64,000 bases of DNA from an uncultured delta proteobacterium (GCA_963789265.1 CAWBKB010000003.1:1088001-1152000); one strand, 5' to 3'. Numbered from the stretch's first letter, positions 10,331 to 21,449 are shown. Made by a program: numbers and translations. The notes: generated by a model from the sequence alone, not told the origin.

Positions 10331-11416
10331 TTGTCTATGAAGGCAGGGCGAACTATCATGTCGGGCTCCCTCGTGGTTGCGGCGCTTGTCGCTACTATTT
10401 TCCTGCTGGTTCCCGCCGCGGGCTCTATCTGCAACGCAGCGGGTCCGACCGCGATCAGTGGAGCGGGTGCAACTTTTCCATACCCGATTTATTCGGCGTG
10501 GGCCCACGAGTACCAGAAGAAAACGAGCGTTCAATTGAACTATCAGTCCATCGGTTCCGGTGGCGGTATTGCCCAGATCAAGGCAAAAACCGTGAACTTC
10601 GGCGCATCGGATGAACCACTAAAGAAGGACGAGCTTGTCAAGCACGGGCTCATACAATGGCCGATGGTAATGGGTGGCGTGGTGCCGGTAACTCATGTTA
10701 AAGGAATTGAAAAAGGGAAGCTCAAGCTCACCCCGGAGTTGTTGAGTGAAATTTATCTTGGAAAGATAAAGAAGTGGAATGACGCGAAGATCAAGAAAGT
10801 AAATCCTGATCTTAAACTCCCCGATCAGGCTATCGTGGTGGTTCATCGATCCGACGGTTCAGGGACGACCTGGATTTTTACGAGCTATTTGAGCGCGATA
10901 TCAAAAGAGTGGAAGGAGAAGGTTGGTGCGGCCAATGCCGTTTCATGGCCCGCCGGTATTGGCGGCAAGGGCAATGAAGGGGTTTCCGCGTTCGTGCAGC
11001 GCACTAACGGTGGCATCGGCTACGTAGAATTTGCGTACGCCTTACAAAACAATCTTGTTTACGCCCAGTTACAGAACAAGGCGGGCAAGTTTGTCCAGCC
11101 GACCATTGACACGTTCAAGTCGGCGGCTGCTAATGCGGATTGGAAGCATGCCCCGATGTATTTTATCTTGCTGGTAAATCAACCGGGTGAAAACAGTTGG
11201 CCGATAGTCGGCGCTACTTACATCCTGTTCTATAAGGAACAGGCCGACGCAGCTAAAACCGAGGCGGTCCTAAAATTCTTTTCTTGGTGTTATGACAAGG
11301 GTGACGAGATGGCGGCAAAGCTTCTCTACATCCCGATGCCGAAAAACGTAGTAGACTTGGTGAAGACCACATGGAAGGACGACATAAAGTCAGGCGACAA
11401 GCCCGTGTGGAAATAG
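10331..11416 (+). CDS. pstS: Phosphate ABC transporter substrate-binding protein
   Basis: GAGATFPYP, YQSIGSGGG, HRSDGSGTT, GKGNEGV; signal peptide. Confidence 0.97.
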   Translation: MSMKAGRTIMSGSLVVAALVATIFLLVPAAGSICNAAGPTAISGAGATFPYPIYSAWAHEYQKKTSVQLNYQSIGSGGGIAQIKAKTVNFGASDEPLKKDELVKHGLIQWPMVMGGVVPVTHVKGIEKGKLKLTPELLSEIYLGKIKKWNDAKIKKVNPDLKLPDQAIVVVHRSDGSGTTWIFTSYLSAISKEWKEKVGAANAVSWPAGIGGKGNEGVSAFVQRTNGGIGYVEFAYALQNNLVYAQLQNKAGKFVQPTIDTFKSAAANADWKHAPMYFILLVNQPGENSWPIVGATYILFYKEQADAAKTEAVLKFFSWCYDKGDEMAAKLLYIPMPKNVVDLVKTTWKDDIKSGDKPVWK

Positions 11417-11430
11417 TCATCTCATAACCC

Positions 11431-11464
11431 GAAATCGAGGGGCACCTAATCTCCCCTCGATTTC
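11431..11464 (+). other. Intercistronic stem-loop after pstS
   Basis: GAAATCGAGGGG-N10-CCCCTCGATTTC, perfect 12-bp stem. Confidence 0.65.
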
Positions 11465-11492
11465 AGCATACAGCGACACGGACAAAAAACGG

Positions 11493-12431
11493 ATGGGTCC
11501 TCAAAAAAATAGAGTTCATAATACCGGCGACACTGTGTTTCAGCTAGCCGCTGCAGCGGGTGCCGCTGCTCTCGTATTACTTATGCTGGCCCTTCTGGTG
11601 CAACTCATTCGTGCAAGCGACTTGTCACTGCACCATTTCGGGTTCGGATTTCTCACGTCCGACGCATGGAACCCGGTCACCAAGGACTTCGGGGCTGCTA
11701 GTAGCATCTTTGGCACCCTCGTTTCTACTGCGATCGCGATGATACTTGCGTTGCCAATAAGTCTCTTCATCGCACTGTTCCTTGCGGAGCTTGCTCCGCC
11801 CGTCATAAGCAAGCCGGTGGGGTATGCTATCGAACTCTTGGCGGCAATACCCAGCATAATTTACGGCATGTGGGGCCTGTTCGTTTTTGCTCCCTTCATG
11901 GCGGACCACGTGCAGCCGTTATTAGGGAAGTACGCGGGATTTTTGCCTCTCTTTCAAGGACCGCCCATGGGCATCGGCATGCTTACCGCCGGAATTATAC
12001 TCGCACTCATGATTCTACCCTTTATCAGCGCTGTGATGAGAGACGTCTTTACTATGGTTCCCAAGGTGGTCAAAGAAGCAGGTTATGGGATTGGGAGCAG
12101 CACATGGGAAGTGACCCGCCACGTGACCATCCCGTATGGGTTCTCAGGGATGGTCGGTGCCTCGTTTTTGGGGCTGGGCAGAGCGATCGGCGAAACCATG
12201 GCCGTGACTTTTGTCATAGGCAATATGCATAGTTTTTCAGCTTCCCTATTTTCCGCAGGCAACACCATAGCCTCAACCATGGCCAACGAGTTTACAGAGG
12301 CGTCCTATCCACTTTATTTGAGTAGCCTTGTCGAGCTTGGTCTCATATTGTTCGCTATAACTCTGGTGATACAGATCCTTGCTCAGTTGTGGCTCAAACA
12401 GATTCGTGGTTCGATTGGAGTAGGCATTTGA
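11493..12431 (+). CDS. pstC: Phosphate ABC transporter permease PstC
   Basis: ELLAAIPSIIYGMWG, GRAIGETMAV. Confidence 0.95.
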   Translation: MGPQKNRVHNTGDTVFQLAAAAGAAALVLLMLALLVQLIRASDLSLHHFGFGFLTSDAWNPVTKDFGAASSIFGTLVSTAIAMILALPISLFIALFLAELAPPVISKPVGYAIELLAAIPSIIYGMWGLFVFAPFMADHVQPLLGKYAGFLPLFQGPPMGIGMLTAGIILALMILPFISAVMRDVFTMVPKVVKEAGYGIGSSTWEVTRHVTIPYGFSGMVGASFLGLGRAIGETMAVTFVIGNMHSFSASLFSAGNTIASTMANEFTEASYPLYLSSLVELGLILFAITLVIQILAQLWLKQIRGSIGVGI

Positions 12432-13273
12432 CTCGTCGCTCTTCCGGAATGCGGAATTTTGTGAATTTTTCAGCCAAGGTTGTCGCGACCTTGTGTGCGG
12501 TTCTCGGCATTGTCTTTCTGAGTTGGGTTCTCATCGAAGTTATTCAAAACGGCTTTCACGCGCTTAACTGGTCTTTTTTCACGCAACTGCCCCCTCCGCC
12601 GGGAAGCGAGACGGGGGGACTGGCCAACGCCATCTTAGGGACATTGGAACTCACCGGCCTTGCCACCCTCCTCGCGGTGCCTCTTGGGCTACTAGCGGGA
12701 ATATATTTGTCCGAGTTCGGACAGAAATCTATGTTGGGAGCCACCGCACGCTTTGTTACCAATTGCTTGATTGGGATTCCGTCGATCATAGTCGGACTTT
12801 TCGTGTATGCCTCGATGGTAGTACCGATGGGCAAATTCTCCGGATACGCTGGCGCAGTATCATTGGCCGTTATAATGTTCCCGGTCGTTGTCGGCACCTC
12901 GGAAGCCATGCTCAACCTGGTGCCGAACGAATTACGCGAATCGGCCATCGCTATTGGTGCACCCAGATGGAAGATAACTCTCCAGGTGGTTTTCGCTGCG
13001 GCAAAGGCCGGCATTGTTACCGGCATAATTCTTTCTGTAGCCAGAGTGAGCGGGGAAACCGCACCGCTATTGTTCACCGCTCTTAATAGTCCGTACTGGC
13101 CGAGCCAGTTTGCCGCACCCACTGCAAACCTGACCGTAACCATTTTCAATTACGCGATGTCGCCTTATGCATACTGGCAGCAGCTTGCATGGGGAGCCTC
13201 ACTTTTGATCATGATGGCGGTCCTGGCACTGACGATAGCTGCCCGTACGGCTTTCAGGGAGTCCCTACGATGA
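12428..13273 (+). CDS. pstA: Phosphate ABC transporter permease PstA (start uncertain)
   Basis: [31 protein letters not shown]. Confidence 0.95.
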   Translation: MTRRSSGMRNFVNFSAKVVATLCAVLGIVFLSWVLIEVIQNGFHALNWSFFTQLPPPPGSETGGLANAILGTLELTGLATLLAVPLGLLAGIYLSEFGQKSMLGATARFVTNCLIGIPSIIVGLFVYASMVVPMGKFSGYAGAVSLAVIMFPVVVGTSEAMLNLVPNELRESAIAIGAPRWKITLQVVFAAAKAGIVTGIILSVARVSGETAPLLFTALNSPYWPSQFAAPTANLTVTIFNYAMSPYAYWQQLAWGASLLIMMAVLALTIAARTAFRESLR

Positions 13274-14109
13274 AGAAAACCCCGGCTTTCTCTTATCTCG
13301 CGGAGCCGCAACCGGTCGAGGAAATGCCAAAATCACAAGACACGCCTTTGGAAGCGGAGATCAAGGTTTCGGTTAGAAACCTCGATTTCTACTATGGCAA
13401 TCATCAAGCCCTCCACTCAAATGATCTGGATATTATCTCCAATAAGGTGACGGCGATAATTGGGCCCTCGGGATGCGGCAAATCCACCCACATACGAGTC
13501 TATAACAGGATTTACGAACTCTACCGCGATCAAAGAGCCTCCGGAGAGATTCTTATGGACGGCATGAACATCTTGTCCCCTTCCGTCAACATCCTTGAAT
13601 TGCGACGAAAAGTCGGCATGATCTTCCAGAAGCCCACGCCGTTCCCAATGACAGTGTTCGAGAACATAGCTTGGGGCTTGAAGCTGCATTATAAGATGTC
13701 CAGCCGCGACCTTTCGGAACGGGTCGAACAGGCTTTGGAAGGGGCAGCGCTCCTGGATGAAGTGAAGGACAAGCTCCACTCTCCCGGGACTGCGCTCTCC
13801 GGCGGTCAGCAACAACGACTTTGCATAGCCAGGGCCATTGCTGTACAACCTGAGGTGTTGTTGATGGATGAGCCCACTTCCGCTATCGACCCAAGGGCTA
13901 CCGATAAAATAGAAGAGTTGGTCGAATCCCTGAAGGACAATTTCACCATTGTCATCGTTACTCATAACATGCAGCAAGCGGCCCGTATCTCAGACTATAC
14001 CGCCTTCTTTTTTGAGGGCCGGATAATCGAAGTCGGCTCCACGAGTCAAGTGTTCACAAACCCTAAAAACCAGCAGACGGAAGGCTACATAACGGGCCGA
14101 TTTGGCTAA
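13270..14109 (+). CDS. pstB: Phosphate ABC transporter ATPase PstB
   Basis: [24 protein letters not shown]-terminal YITGRFG. Confidence 0.96.
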   Translation: MKKTPAFSYLAEPQPVEEMPKSQDTPLEAEIKVSVRNLDFYYGNHQALHSNDLDIISNKVTAIIGPSGCGKSTHIRVYNRIYELYRDQRASGEILMDGMNILSPSVNILELRRKVGMIFQKPTPFPMTVFENIAWGLKLHYKMSSRDLSERVEQALEGAALLDEVKDKLHSPGTALSGGQQQRLCIARAIAVQPEVLLMDEPTSAIDPRATDKIEELVESLKDNFTIVIVTHNMQQAARISDYTAFFFEGRIIEVGSTSQVFTNPKNQQTEGYITGRFG

Positions 14110-14383
14110 GGGTATGGTTCCGGGCTTGGGCAGTGCCGCAATTGTTTGGTCCGGATCCCGCTCCCAGGGCTCAGACACTGCTCCTTCTAGGGCGTTGACC
14201 CGTTTGCGATAATTTGAAACAGCGAAGACCTCTTCTTCTGCAATCCGCTGATAGCACACGTATCTCTGCGCTTCTTGCCGCGTCTTGTTCCTGCCGGTAT
14301 TCCACATCAAGTTGTGAATGAGGTTTCCTAATGCGGGATGGGCCCAAGCAGGCTGTCCCGCGTGCATATTTTTTCAGTTGCTC

Positions 14384-14412
14384 TTGACAAATTTATCATT
14401 AAAAGGTATTAC
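14384..14412 (+). promoter_or_regulatory. Putative sigma70 promoter
   Basis: TTGACA-17 bp-TATTAC upstream of 14468. Confidence 0.45.
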
Positions 14413-14467
14413 TTGCGACGTTTTCTTAAAGTAATTTACATGATCGACAGCGCGTCGACCACGGATA

Positions 14468-15214
14468 ATGAAAAAACTTCTCGTCACTGCTTGGCTCACG
14501 GCTCTCTGTTTTCTCCTCCTCGGGAACGTCCATGCATGGGAAGTGCCTGCCTTCCTGAGACTGAGCGCGGGTACTAGAATGTGGTTCTCGGTGCTTCAAG
14601 GAGATCTCATACAGAGCGACAAAACCAAATTGGACATTATCGACAATGTTGGAGTAGATAGTAATAAGCTTGTGTGGGAATTCTTTGCGAATTTCAGAAT
14701 AGATAATATACACGTGTTCAGGTTCCGCTGCGAACCGAACACCCTTTATAGCTCCGGAAACGCCTCTTTTCAAAAAATACGTTATTTTCAAATGGGTTAT
14801 GATTGTGATTTCTACATGACCCCGCAGACCCTCTTCGGGGCCAATTGCGACCTTGGAATCTGGGACATGGAAACCAGAGTCAATGACGTCACTGTTGCCA
14901 ATTCGTTTTTTAATTACAGTGAAAACCAGAATCGCACGATACCTACTCTCGGCCTGCACGGAAGTTTCTACCCCATAATAGAAGGAATCTCTCTACGCCC
15001 GTGCGTGTCCGGCAGGGCTGACTGGTGGAATTACAACAATCTTGAGACGTGGGATTGGGAGGTCAGCGGTGCAGTGGACATCCCGGTAAATAGTCTTTGG
15101 ACTTGGACTATTAACTCCGGGTACAAAATGTGGCATATCAAATCCAAACGGGACCGCGACACAATTGACATAAATCGGAGCGGCTTCTTTATCGAAACAT
15201 CGGTTCTATTTTAG
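14468..15214 (+). CDS. Putative outer-membrane beta-barrel protein
   Basis: Signal peptide (VHA-W), alternating aromatic strands, C-terminal FFIETSVLF. Confidence 0.7.
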   Translation: MKKLLVTAWLTALCFLLLGNVHAWEVPAFLRLSAGTRMWFSVLQGDLIQSDKTKLDIIDNVGVDSNKLVWEFFANFRIDNIHVFRFRCEPNTLYSSGNASFQKIRYFQMGYDCDFYMTPQTLFGANCDLGIWDMETRVNDVTVANSFFNYSENQNRTIPTLGLHGSFYPIIEGISLRPCVSGRADWWNYNNLETWDWEVSGAVDIPVNSLWTWTINSGYKMWHIKSKRDRDTIDINRSGFFIETSVLF

Positions 15215-15364
15215 ATGTCAACTCAATATTTATGGCCTTGCCCTATGCCCGCGTCGGCCACCTTATGGATTATTGCAACCGAAAGTGAATTTGGCTGAAG
15301 GTACCGCAGTGCCACCAGGGCCTTTGCTCCAAAATCTTGCCGGTTCGGCCGGGACTATGTCTGT

Positions 15365-16156
15365 CTAGCACGCGCCTGCCATTAACTTGCCCTCCAGCAC
15401 TTCCGTAAGCCTGCCGAGGATCTCGCTCGCGCTTCCCAATAGCAAAATGTCGCTAACCTGTTCGTACATTGCCGATGGTTCCCGGTTTATCTCAACAACC
15501 GTTGCCGGAGGATATTTTAGTTTGACGGACAGCGGAATCTGCGCGGCGGGGAACACTTGTAGGGAGGTCCCAATCACCAGGAGCAGGTCACATTTTTGTG
15601 ATTGGACCTGAGAAATCATAAGCGCCTTGGATGGAATGGCTTCCCCAAAGAAAATTGCGTCGGGCTTGAGCAATCCTCCGCATTTTTGGCACCTCGGGGC
15701 TCCGTCCGGAGCGCCGGCGAATCGGGCCTCCACTTCTCCTATGGGCTCCAGGGCCCGACATTTCATACATGCAGCCCGCAATAGATTTCCATGAAATTCA
15801 ATTACGTCAACGGAGCCTGCTCTCTGGTGAAGGTTATCCACGTTTTGAGTGATAATGCACTTCAGCATTCCCATTTGCTCCAGTCGAGACAGAGCGAAGT
15901 GAGCCGGATTAGGGTTTGCCGAGGCTAAGTCGAAGTCACCGGATTCCTTTAACTTCAAGTGAAGTCGCCAGAATCGCGCCGGATTTTGGAGAAAGCGGTC
16001 GATCGAAAATTCGCCCGGATCGACCCGGGTCCAAAGCCCGCCCGGGCTTCGGAAATCCGGGATGCCGGATTCAGTACTAATTCCGGCACCGGTCAACGCC
16101 ACTGCGTTTTTGGCGCGCACTATGCTCTGTGCAACTTTTTCTATGAGGTCTTCCAT
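15365..16156 (-). CDS. cobB: NAD-dependent protein deacylase, Sir2/CobB family
   Basis: GAGISTESGIPDFR, TQNVDNLH, HG, two CxxC, GTSL. Confidence 0.93.
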   Translation of the reverse strand: MEDLIEKVAQSIVRAKNAVALTGAGISTESGIPDFRSPGGLWTRVDPGEFSIDRFLQNPARFWRLHLKLKESGDFDLASANPNPAHFALSRLEQMGMLKCIITQNVDNLHQRAGSVDVIEFHGNLLRAACMKCRALEPIGEVEARFAGAPDGAPRCQKCGGLLKPDAIFFGEAIPSKALMISQVQSQKCDLLLVIGTSLQVFPAAQIPLSVKLKYPPATVVEINREPSAMYEQVSDILLLGSASEILGRLTEVLEGKLMAGAC

Positions 16157-16555
16157 GCACTCTCCTCACTTTTCCTCATATTATAAGGGGCCGGGCAATG
16201 ACGCAACGGATTTCTCGGAGGGGAATGAATTTCAGGCGACAATCCCCACGCCGGGCGACCTTTCAATCAGAGAGCGAATTTGTACAAAGCAATATCAGCC
16301 CCAATATTTAAGACTTTCATCGGACAATATGTGTCAATGAGCCATCAACCGCTTCAACTTGCTATTGATGAGCCCGCGGCGTACCGGGAGATCTTTTATG
16401 GGGCAAAAATTTCGTCGGCCTTCGGCGCGCATCCCGTCTACCGCTGCTCTGGTTTGCTCTTGACACAAGGAAGAGATAGATACTATGGTTAAATAGAATC
16501 ATCAATTTTGCGATTCTTTAGCTTTGAAGCACGCATCTTTGACACAGGGACGAAC

Positions 16556-17164
16556 ATGGACGAAGACCGACAAACAATAGCAGAGGTCCTCGCCGGAGAC
16601 TACGATGCTTTCGAGCGCCTGGTGACGAAATATGAAGGTAGGATTTATCGTCATTTGAGAAAGATTGTTAAGGATAACCATCAGGCACAAGATTTATTGC
16701 AAGAGACTTTCTTGAACGCCTATAAGGGCTTGAAAGGCTTCAGCGGCACGTCATCCTTTTCCACATGGCTGTTCAGGATAGCAACGAATAATGCTTTGAT
16801 GCTTCTCAGGAAGAATAAGCCGGAACTCATTGAATATGACGATCAGCTTAAAAGCCCTATCGACTCCTCCTCTGGTCCGGGTTCCGCTGAGTTCGCTAGT
16901 TCGCCTCTGGATCTTCTTCTTTCGAAAGAGGGCTGCAAGAAGATCGAAGAAGCCATTGACGATCTTCCCGTGTTATATCGTTCCGTAATTGTTCTTAGAG
17001 ATGTCGAGGGTTTTTCGCTCAAGGAAGTTTCCGAGATAATGGATTCTTCAGTGGCGGCGGTAAAATCGCGTCTTCACCGGGCCCGGAATTCTGTCCGCCT
17101 GGCTTTAAATTCCTATTACATGGAAGAAGAGGTCTCTTCCGGCACGCGTAGGGCATCGAGATAG
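16556..17164 (+). CDS. ECF sigma-70 factor
   Basis: DLLQETFLNAY, FSTWLFRIATN, region 4 VAAVKSRLHRAR. Confidence 0.93.
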   Translation: MDEDRQTIAEVLAGDYDAFERLVTKYEGRIYRHLRKIVKDNHQAQDLLQETFLNAYKGLKGFSGTSSFSTWLFRIATNNALMLLRKNKPELIEYDDQLKSPIDSSSGPGSAEFASSPLDLLLSKEGCKKIEEAIDDLPVLYRSVIVLRDVEGFSLKEVSEIMDSSVAAVKSRLHRARNSVRLALNSYYMEEEVSSGTRRASR

Positions 17165-17167
17165 AAA

Positions 17168-17410
17168 ATGAAAACTTGCGAAGATTATTGCGATCATTTG
17201 TCTGATTTCCTGGACGGTGACATTGGGGAAGATGAGTGTAGGTGCATCGAAGAGCACTTAGCGCTGTGTGAGCCATGCTCCCTGGTATACCAGTCGCTTC
17301 GAGCCACCGTAAATCTATGCGCCAGGGGTGTTTCGGAGGATATCCCGGAAGATGTTCGGACCAAACTGAAAATGTTTCTGAGAGAGCATTGCGGGAGAGA
17401 GCAAATTTAA
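17168..17410 (+). CDS. Soluble zinc-binding anti-sigma factor (zf-HC2/ZAS)
   Basis: LSDFLDG, HLALCEPC (HxxxCxxC); 8 Cys in 80 aa; no TM segment. Confidence 0.88.
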   Translation: MKTCEDYCDHLSDFLDGDIGEDECRCIEEHLALCEPCSLVYQSLRATVNLCARGVSEDIPEDVRTKLKMFLREHCGREQI

Positions 17411-17430
17411 GCTTTTGAGAGGAGTGTATA

Positions 17431-17763
17431 ATGTCTGAAAATGAGAACCTTTACCATGTGACTGATGGAGATTTCGACCAACAGATCCTTCAGTCGGATA
17501 TACCCGCACTGGTGGACTTCTGGGCCGCGTGGTGCGGCCCCTGCCGGACCGTGGGTCCTATCGTGGAAGAACTCGCGGACGAATATAAAGGGAAGGTCAA
17601 AGTCGCCAAGCTGGATGTCGACAATAATAAACAGGTTGCGAGCAAGTACGGAGTCAGGGGCATCCCAACTTTAATGCTGTTCAAAGATGGACAAGTAGTT
17701 GACCAGATTGTCGGCGCGGTTCCCAAAAGCCGTATAAAGGAGCTGCTAGACAAGGCCTCTTAG
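17431..17763 (+). CDS. trxA: Thioredoxin
   Basis: [15 protein letters not shown]. Confidence 0.97.
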   Translation: MSENENLYHVTDGDFDQQILQSDIPALVDFWAAWCGPCRTVGPIVEELADEYKGKVKVAKLDVDNNKQVASKYGVRGIPTLMLFKDGQVVDQIVGAVPKSRIKELLDKAS

Positions 17764-17764
17764 C

Positions 17765-18685
17765 ATGAAGAAAGATCTTCTTATTTTGGGAGGCGGGCCG
17801 GCAGGCCTGACGGCCGGTCTGTATGCAGCTAGAGCTCGCGTCCCTGTTGCCGTCCTTGAAAAGGGCTTGCCTGGGGGGCAACTAACCGCGACGGAGACTG
17901 TGGACAACTACCCTGGCTTCAGCGAACCGGTTCTGGGCTTTGAGTTGGCCCAAAGAATGGAAGCCCAAGCGAAGAGGTTCGGTGTGGAAATTGTCCAGAC
18001 CGAAGTGAAACGGGTTACGCCAATAGATAAAGGCTTTTCAGTAAGTACGGACGCAGGGGAGGATTTCGCATGCCAAGTGTTGATATTGGCCACAGGAGCG
18101 GCGCCGGTTAAGCTAGGCATTCCCGGAGAATTGAAGTTGGCGGGCAGAGGAGTGAGCTACTGCGCGGTTTGTGACGGCCCTTTCTTCAGAGATCTTGAAG
18201 TCGCCGTTGTGGGAGGCGGCGATTCGGCAGTGGAGGAAGCTTGCTATCTCACGAGGTTCGCTTCGAAGGTTCATCTTATCCACAGGCGTGACCAATTACG
18301 AGCAGTAAGAGAAATTCAGGAAAAGGCGTTTACCCAGCCCAAAGTCATGATTCACTGGAACACGGTTCCCGTTGAGATTCTAGGTGACCATGAGGTACAA
18401 GGGTTGCGCGTTCGTTCAGTGCATGACGCGTCTGAAAAAGTGCTGCCGGTGGGCGGGATTTTCTTCTATGTGGGCTTGAATCCCAATTCGGAAGGATTCC
18501 GCAATCTCGTCGACGCAGACGAGAGAGGATTCATTACTACGGACAGTAGCATGGCCTGCTCCAGGCCGGGCGTCTTCGCAGCCGGAGACATACGGGCCAA
18601 AATCCTCCGTCAGATTTCCACCGCAGTTGGGGATGGCGCCACAGCCGCGTACAGCGCACAACAGTATCTCGAGAGCATGAGCTGA
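17765..18685 (+). CDS. trxB: Thioredoxin reductase
   Basis: GGGPAG, GVSYCAVCDG, GGGDSA, FAAGD. Confidence 0.96.
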   Translation: MKKDLLILGGGPAGLTAGLYAARARVPVAVLEKGLPGGQLTATETVDNYPGFSEPVLGFELAQRMEAQAKRFGVEIVQTEVKRVTPIDKGFSVSTDAGEDFACQVLILATGAAPVKLGIPGELKLAGRGVSYCAVCDGPFFRDLEVAVVGGGDSAVEEACYLTRFASKVHLIHRRDQLRAVREIQEKAFTQPKVMIHWNTVPVEILGDHEVQGLRVRSVHDASEKVLPVGGIFFYVGLNPNSEGFRNLVDADERGFITTDSSMACSRPGVFAAGDIRAKILRQISTAVGDGATAAYSAQQYLESMS

Positions 18686-18760
18686 TCACGACAAACCCGT
18701 TTTCGATTTGTCGCAAGCGGCCAAATTTGTGCGGTACCCCTCCGGTTCGATCTTCGGGAA

Positions 18761-19219
18761 TCAGCGCGGCGGCCCTGTATACCAAAAAGGATTCGGATCG
18801 AAGTAATCCTGATCCCCGAAAGCGCGGCAACGAGTTCCGTATTCCGGGTCCATCGTTGGGCCGTATTCCGGCTTCCAGAATGTGGCAATCTCGAGGGCGC
18901 CTAATGTCATTCTTTTGAGCCCGTACACAAGACCCGAGGCTGTTCCGGCAATCATGCCATTAAGGGAACCTGCTATATTCCCCCAGCAACCACTCTCGTA
19001 CGATCCTACATAGGCTCCATTAATAGCGCTGTTCGCGAAGTGTGTAGCGAGTTCATGGGGACCTGATATAAGATCTACGAAGCCTCGCCCAAGTTTCCAA
19101 GCGGGGAGGCACCTGTCGAAGTTGTTGAGATCGTCAAAATCCGTCTCAAACGCAAATGACCAGCAACTAATTCCGATTAACAGAACCATTGCCACGGCCA
19201 AGATTAGGAACTTCTTCAT
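18761..19219 (-). CDS. Exported/membrane protein resembling the exosortase-associated TIGR04073 family
   Basis: Signal peptide; KLGRG...GPHE...G-rich...KRMTLGALEIATFW..P pattern recognised from memory. Confidence 0.55.
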   Translation of the reverse strand: MKKFLILAVAMVLLIGISCWSFAFETDFDDLNNFDRCLPAWKLGRGFVDLISGPHELATHFANSAINGAYVGSYESGCWGNIAGSLNGMIAGTASGLVYGLKRMTLGALEIATFWKPEYGPTMDPEYGTRCRAFGDQDYFDPNPFWYTGPPR

Positions 19220-19507
19220 CTCATCCTCCGTGGTCCGAATGCCCGCCGCGCTGTCGAACATTCAGATTTGTGTCTGTCCCATGATATTTGTCCATGTCAG
19301 AGCATTCACGGGAATTGATTCACGTGGCTATATTATCATAATAGATTGCAAAAAACAATAAAATTACCTATTATTACACCGGGATGTGGAACATCTATAT
19401 AAATAACTTTCACTATTGGGCAGGCTTGCCTCCTTTGATCCAGCGAGGTATCATCGGTTGCGGAACGTTTTTCCCGGGGATCGCGGTCGGCCCACACGAG
19501 GATCACG

Positions 19508-19648
19508 ATGAAAAGATGGTTGCTGGTTGCCCTGACTCTGCTTATGCTTTCCAGTTGCTCTTGGGACAATTTTTTGAAAAGCATTAAGGATATGGATTGG
19601 GAGCGCGATGACCAAACTGTCCGCATCACGGACATATTCATAAGATAA
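19508..19648 (+). CDS. Small lipoprotein (46 aa, not in the ORF track)
   Basis: GAGGA RBS; MKRWLLVALTLLMLSSC with lipobox LSSC. Confidence 0.65.
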   Translation: MKRWLLVALTLLMLSSCSWDNFLKSIKDMDWERDDQTVRITDIFIR

Positions 19649-19747
19649 AGATGCTGAGTTGGGGTATGACCGAAGCTCTAGGATTTTAGTTTCTTGAGCC
19701 TACAAGCGTTATTTCAACCCGACAAGCCGACTCACTCGGAGGCTGAA

Positions 19748-20143
19748 ATGGTGGAGATCAAGGTGGACAGAGACGTATTGGAGGCTAATTCTACCGAAGA
19801 GATAATCAGAATACTCCGAGAGGAGAGAGACGATTACACTCCCGAGGCAATAAAGATTTTCGAGGAAATCCTTCGGGAAAGGCGAGGGCCGGAGATAAAT
19901 CGAGAAAGCAGCGAACCCGATCCTGCAATACCTGACCGCATTTCTCCTGTTTATGCTGCTCCACGGGAGCCCTTGATTCGCAGGCCGGCAGATGCTGTGC
20001 GCGTTCTAAACGACCTACTCAGCGGCGTCTTGAATGGAAGCACAGAGCCACAGGTGGCGCAGGTTGCCTCCGGTATCGTGATGGGTATCCTCCATGCCAT
20101 CGAGCAGGAGTTAATGACCGAAAGTGAGGAGACCCCCGGATGA
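19748..20143 (+). CDS. Hypothetical protein
   Basis: GGAGG RBS; ATGA overlap with hisI. Confidence 0.7.
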   Translation: MVEIKVDRDVLEANSTEEIIRILREERDDYTPEAIKIFEEILRERRGPEINRESSEPDPAIPDRISPVYAAPREPLIRRPADAVRVLNDLLSGVLNGSTEPQVAQVASGIVMGILHAIEQELMTESEETPG

Positions 20144-20511
20144 AGCCGCTAGCAGGAAACGATCAACCGGAGGTTGATTTTGAAAAAGGCAATGGGCTCG
20201 TTCCGGCCATAGCTCAGGATGTTCGTACCGGTAAAGTCCTTATGATGGCTTACATGAATAAGGAAGCGCTGGAGACGACTTTGAAGGAAGGTAGGGCATG
20301 CTACTGGAGCCGTTCTCGGAAAGAACTGTGGCGCAAGGGAGCGACTTCGGGAGACGTCCAGATCGTCAAGGAGGTACTGGTAGACTGCGATCAGGATACC
20401 ATACTACTCTTGGTAGAACAGCAAGGAAGAGGGGCTTGCCACACCCGAAAATGGAGCTGCTTCTTCCGCCGCCTTACCCCGCAAGGAGAGATTCTGGATA
20501 TAGATGAATAA
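20140..20511 (+). CDS. hisI: Phosphoribosyl-AMP cyclohydrolase
   Basis: [23 protein letters not shown]...SCF. Confidence 0.96.
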   Translation: MKPLAGNDQPEVDFEKGNGLVPAIAQDVRTGKVLMMAYMNKEALETTLKEGRACYWSRSRKELWRKGATSGDVQIVKEVLVDCDQDTILLLVEQQGRGACHTRKWSCFFRRLTPQGEILDIDE

Positions 20512-21382
20512 AGAAGCACTCAAGCTGGTAATACCAAAAGGCAGCCTCGAACAGGCCACCATAGACCTGTTTCGCAGAGCAGGATGGAACATCAACGTTT
20601 CCCCTCGCAGCTATTTTCCCACTGTTGACGACGATGAAATCATAATGGCACGTTTGAGAGCCCAGGAAATATCTCGCTATGTCGAAGCCGGCACGTTTGA
20701 CGTCGGTTTGACAGGAAGAGACTGGATACTTGAGAACGAATCAGACGTGATGGTCATTGACGATTTAGTTTACTCTAAAGTCTCGCAAAATTCGGCACGT
20801 TGGGTGCTGGCTGTGGACGCGGAATCCGACTACAACGTGCCTGAAGACCTTGATGGAAAACGTATCGCCACCGAACTGGTGAGGTTTACAAAAAAGTTCT
20901 TCTCGGAGCGAGGCGTGAATGTTGAGGTCGAGTTTTCATGGGGAAGTACTGAGGCTAAGGTCAATGAAGGAGTTGTGGATGCAATTGTGGACGTCACCGA
21001 GACCGGCAGCACGCTGAGAGCAAACGGACTGAGGATCATTCACAACCTGCTTACCACCAATACTCAATTCATTGCAAACCGAAGAGCGTTTAAGAATCCC
21101 TTCAAGAGAGAGAAGATCGAGCAGATTCACCTCTTGCTGCAAGCCGCTCTTGAGGCGCGTAAAATGGTGGGCCTCAAGATGAACGTTCCACGGGACAATT
21201 TGGACAAGGTAGTGGGCCTTCTCCCATCCTTAAATGCCCCTACTGTGGCCGGGCTTTACAAATCGGATTGGTTTTCGGTCGAGTCGGTAGTATCTGAAGA
21301 AGTCGTGCGCTCCCTCATTCCGAAGTTGTTGAAGGCCGGAGCTACGGGCATCGTCGAGTATTCCCTCAACAAGGTGATTTGA
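20504..21382 (+). CDS. hisG: ATP phosphoribosyltransferase (long form)
   Basis: [23 protein letters not shown]-terminal regulatory domain. Confidence 0.96.
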   Translation: MNKEALKLVIPKGSLEQATIDLFRRAGWNINVSPRSYFPTVDDDEIIMARLRAQEISRYVEAGTFDVGLTGRDWILENESDVMVIDDLVYSKVSQNSARWVLAVDAESDYNVPEDLDGKRIATELVRFTKKFFSERGVNVEVEFSWGSTEAKVNEGVVDAIVDVTETGSTLRANGLRIIHNLLTTNTQFIANRRAFKNPFKREKIEQIHLLLQAALEARKMVGLKMNVPRDNLDKVVGLLPSLNAPTVAGLYKSDWFSVESVVSEEVVRSLIPKLLKAGATGIVEYSLNKVI

Positions 21383-21449
21383 GCATTCTGTGAACCTACA
21401 CCTCGATACAGCCATGCTGCATGCTCTGCCCAGGTTCTAAGCGCGGTTT

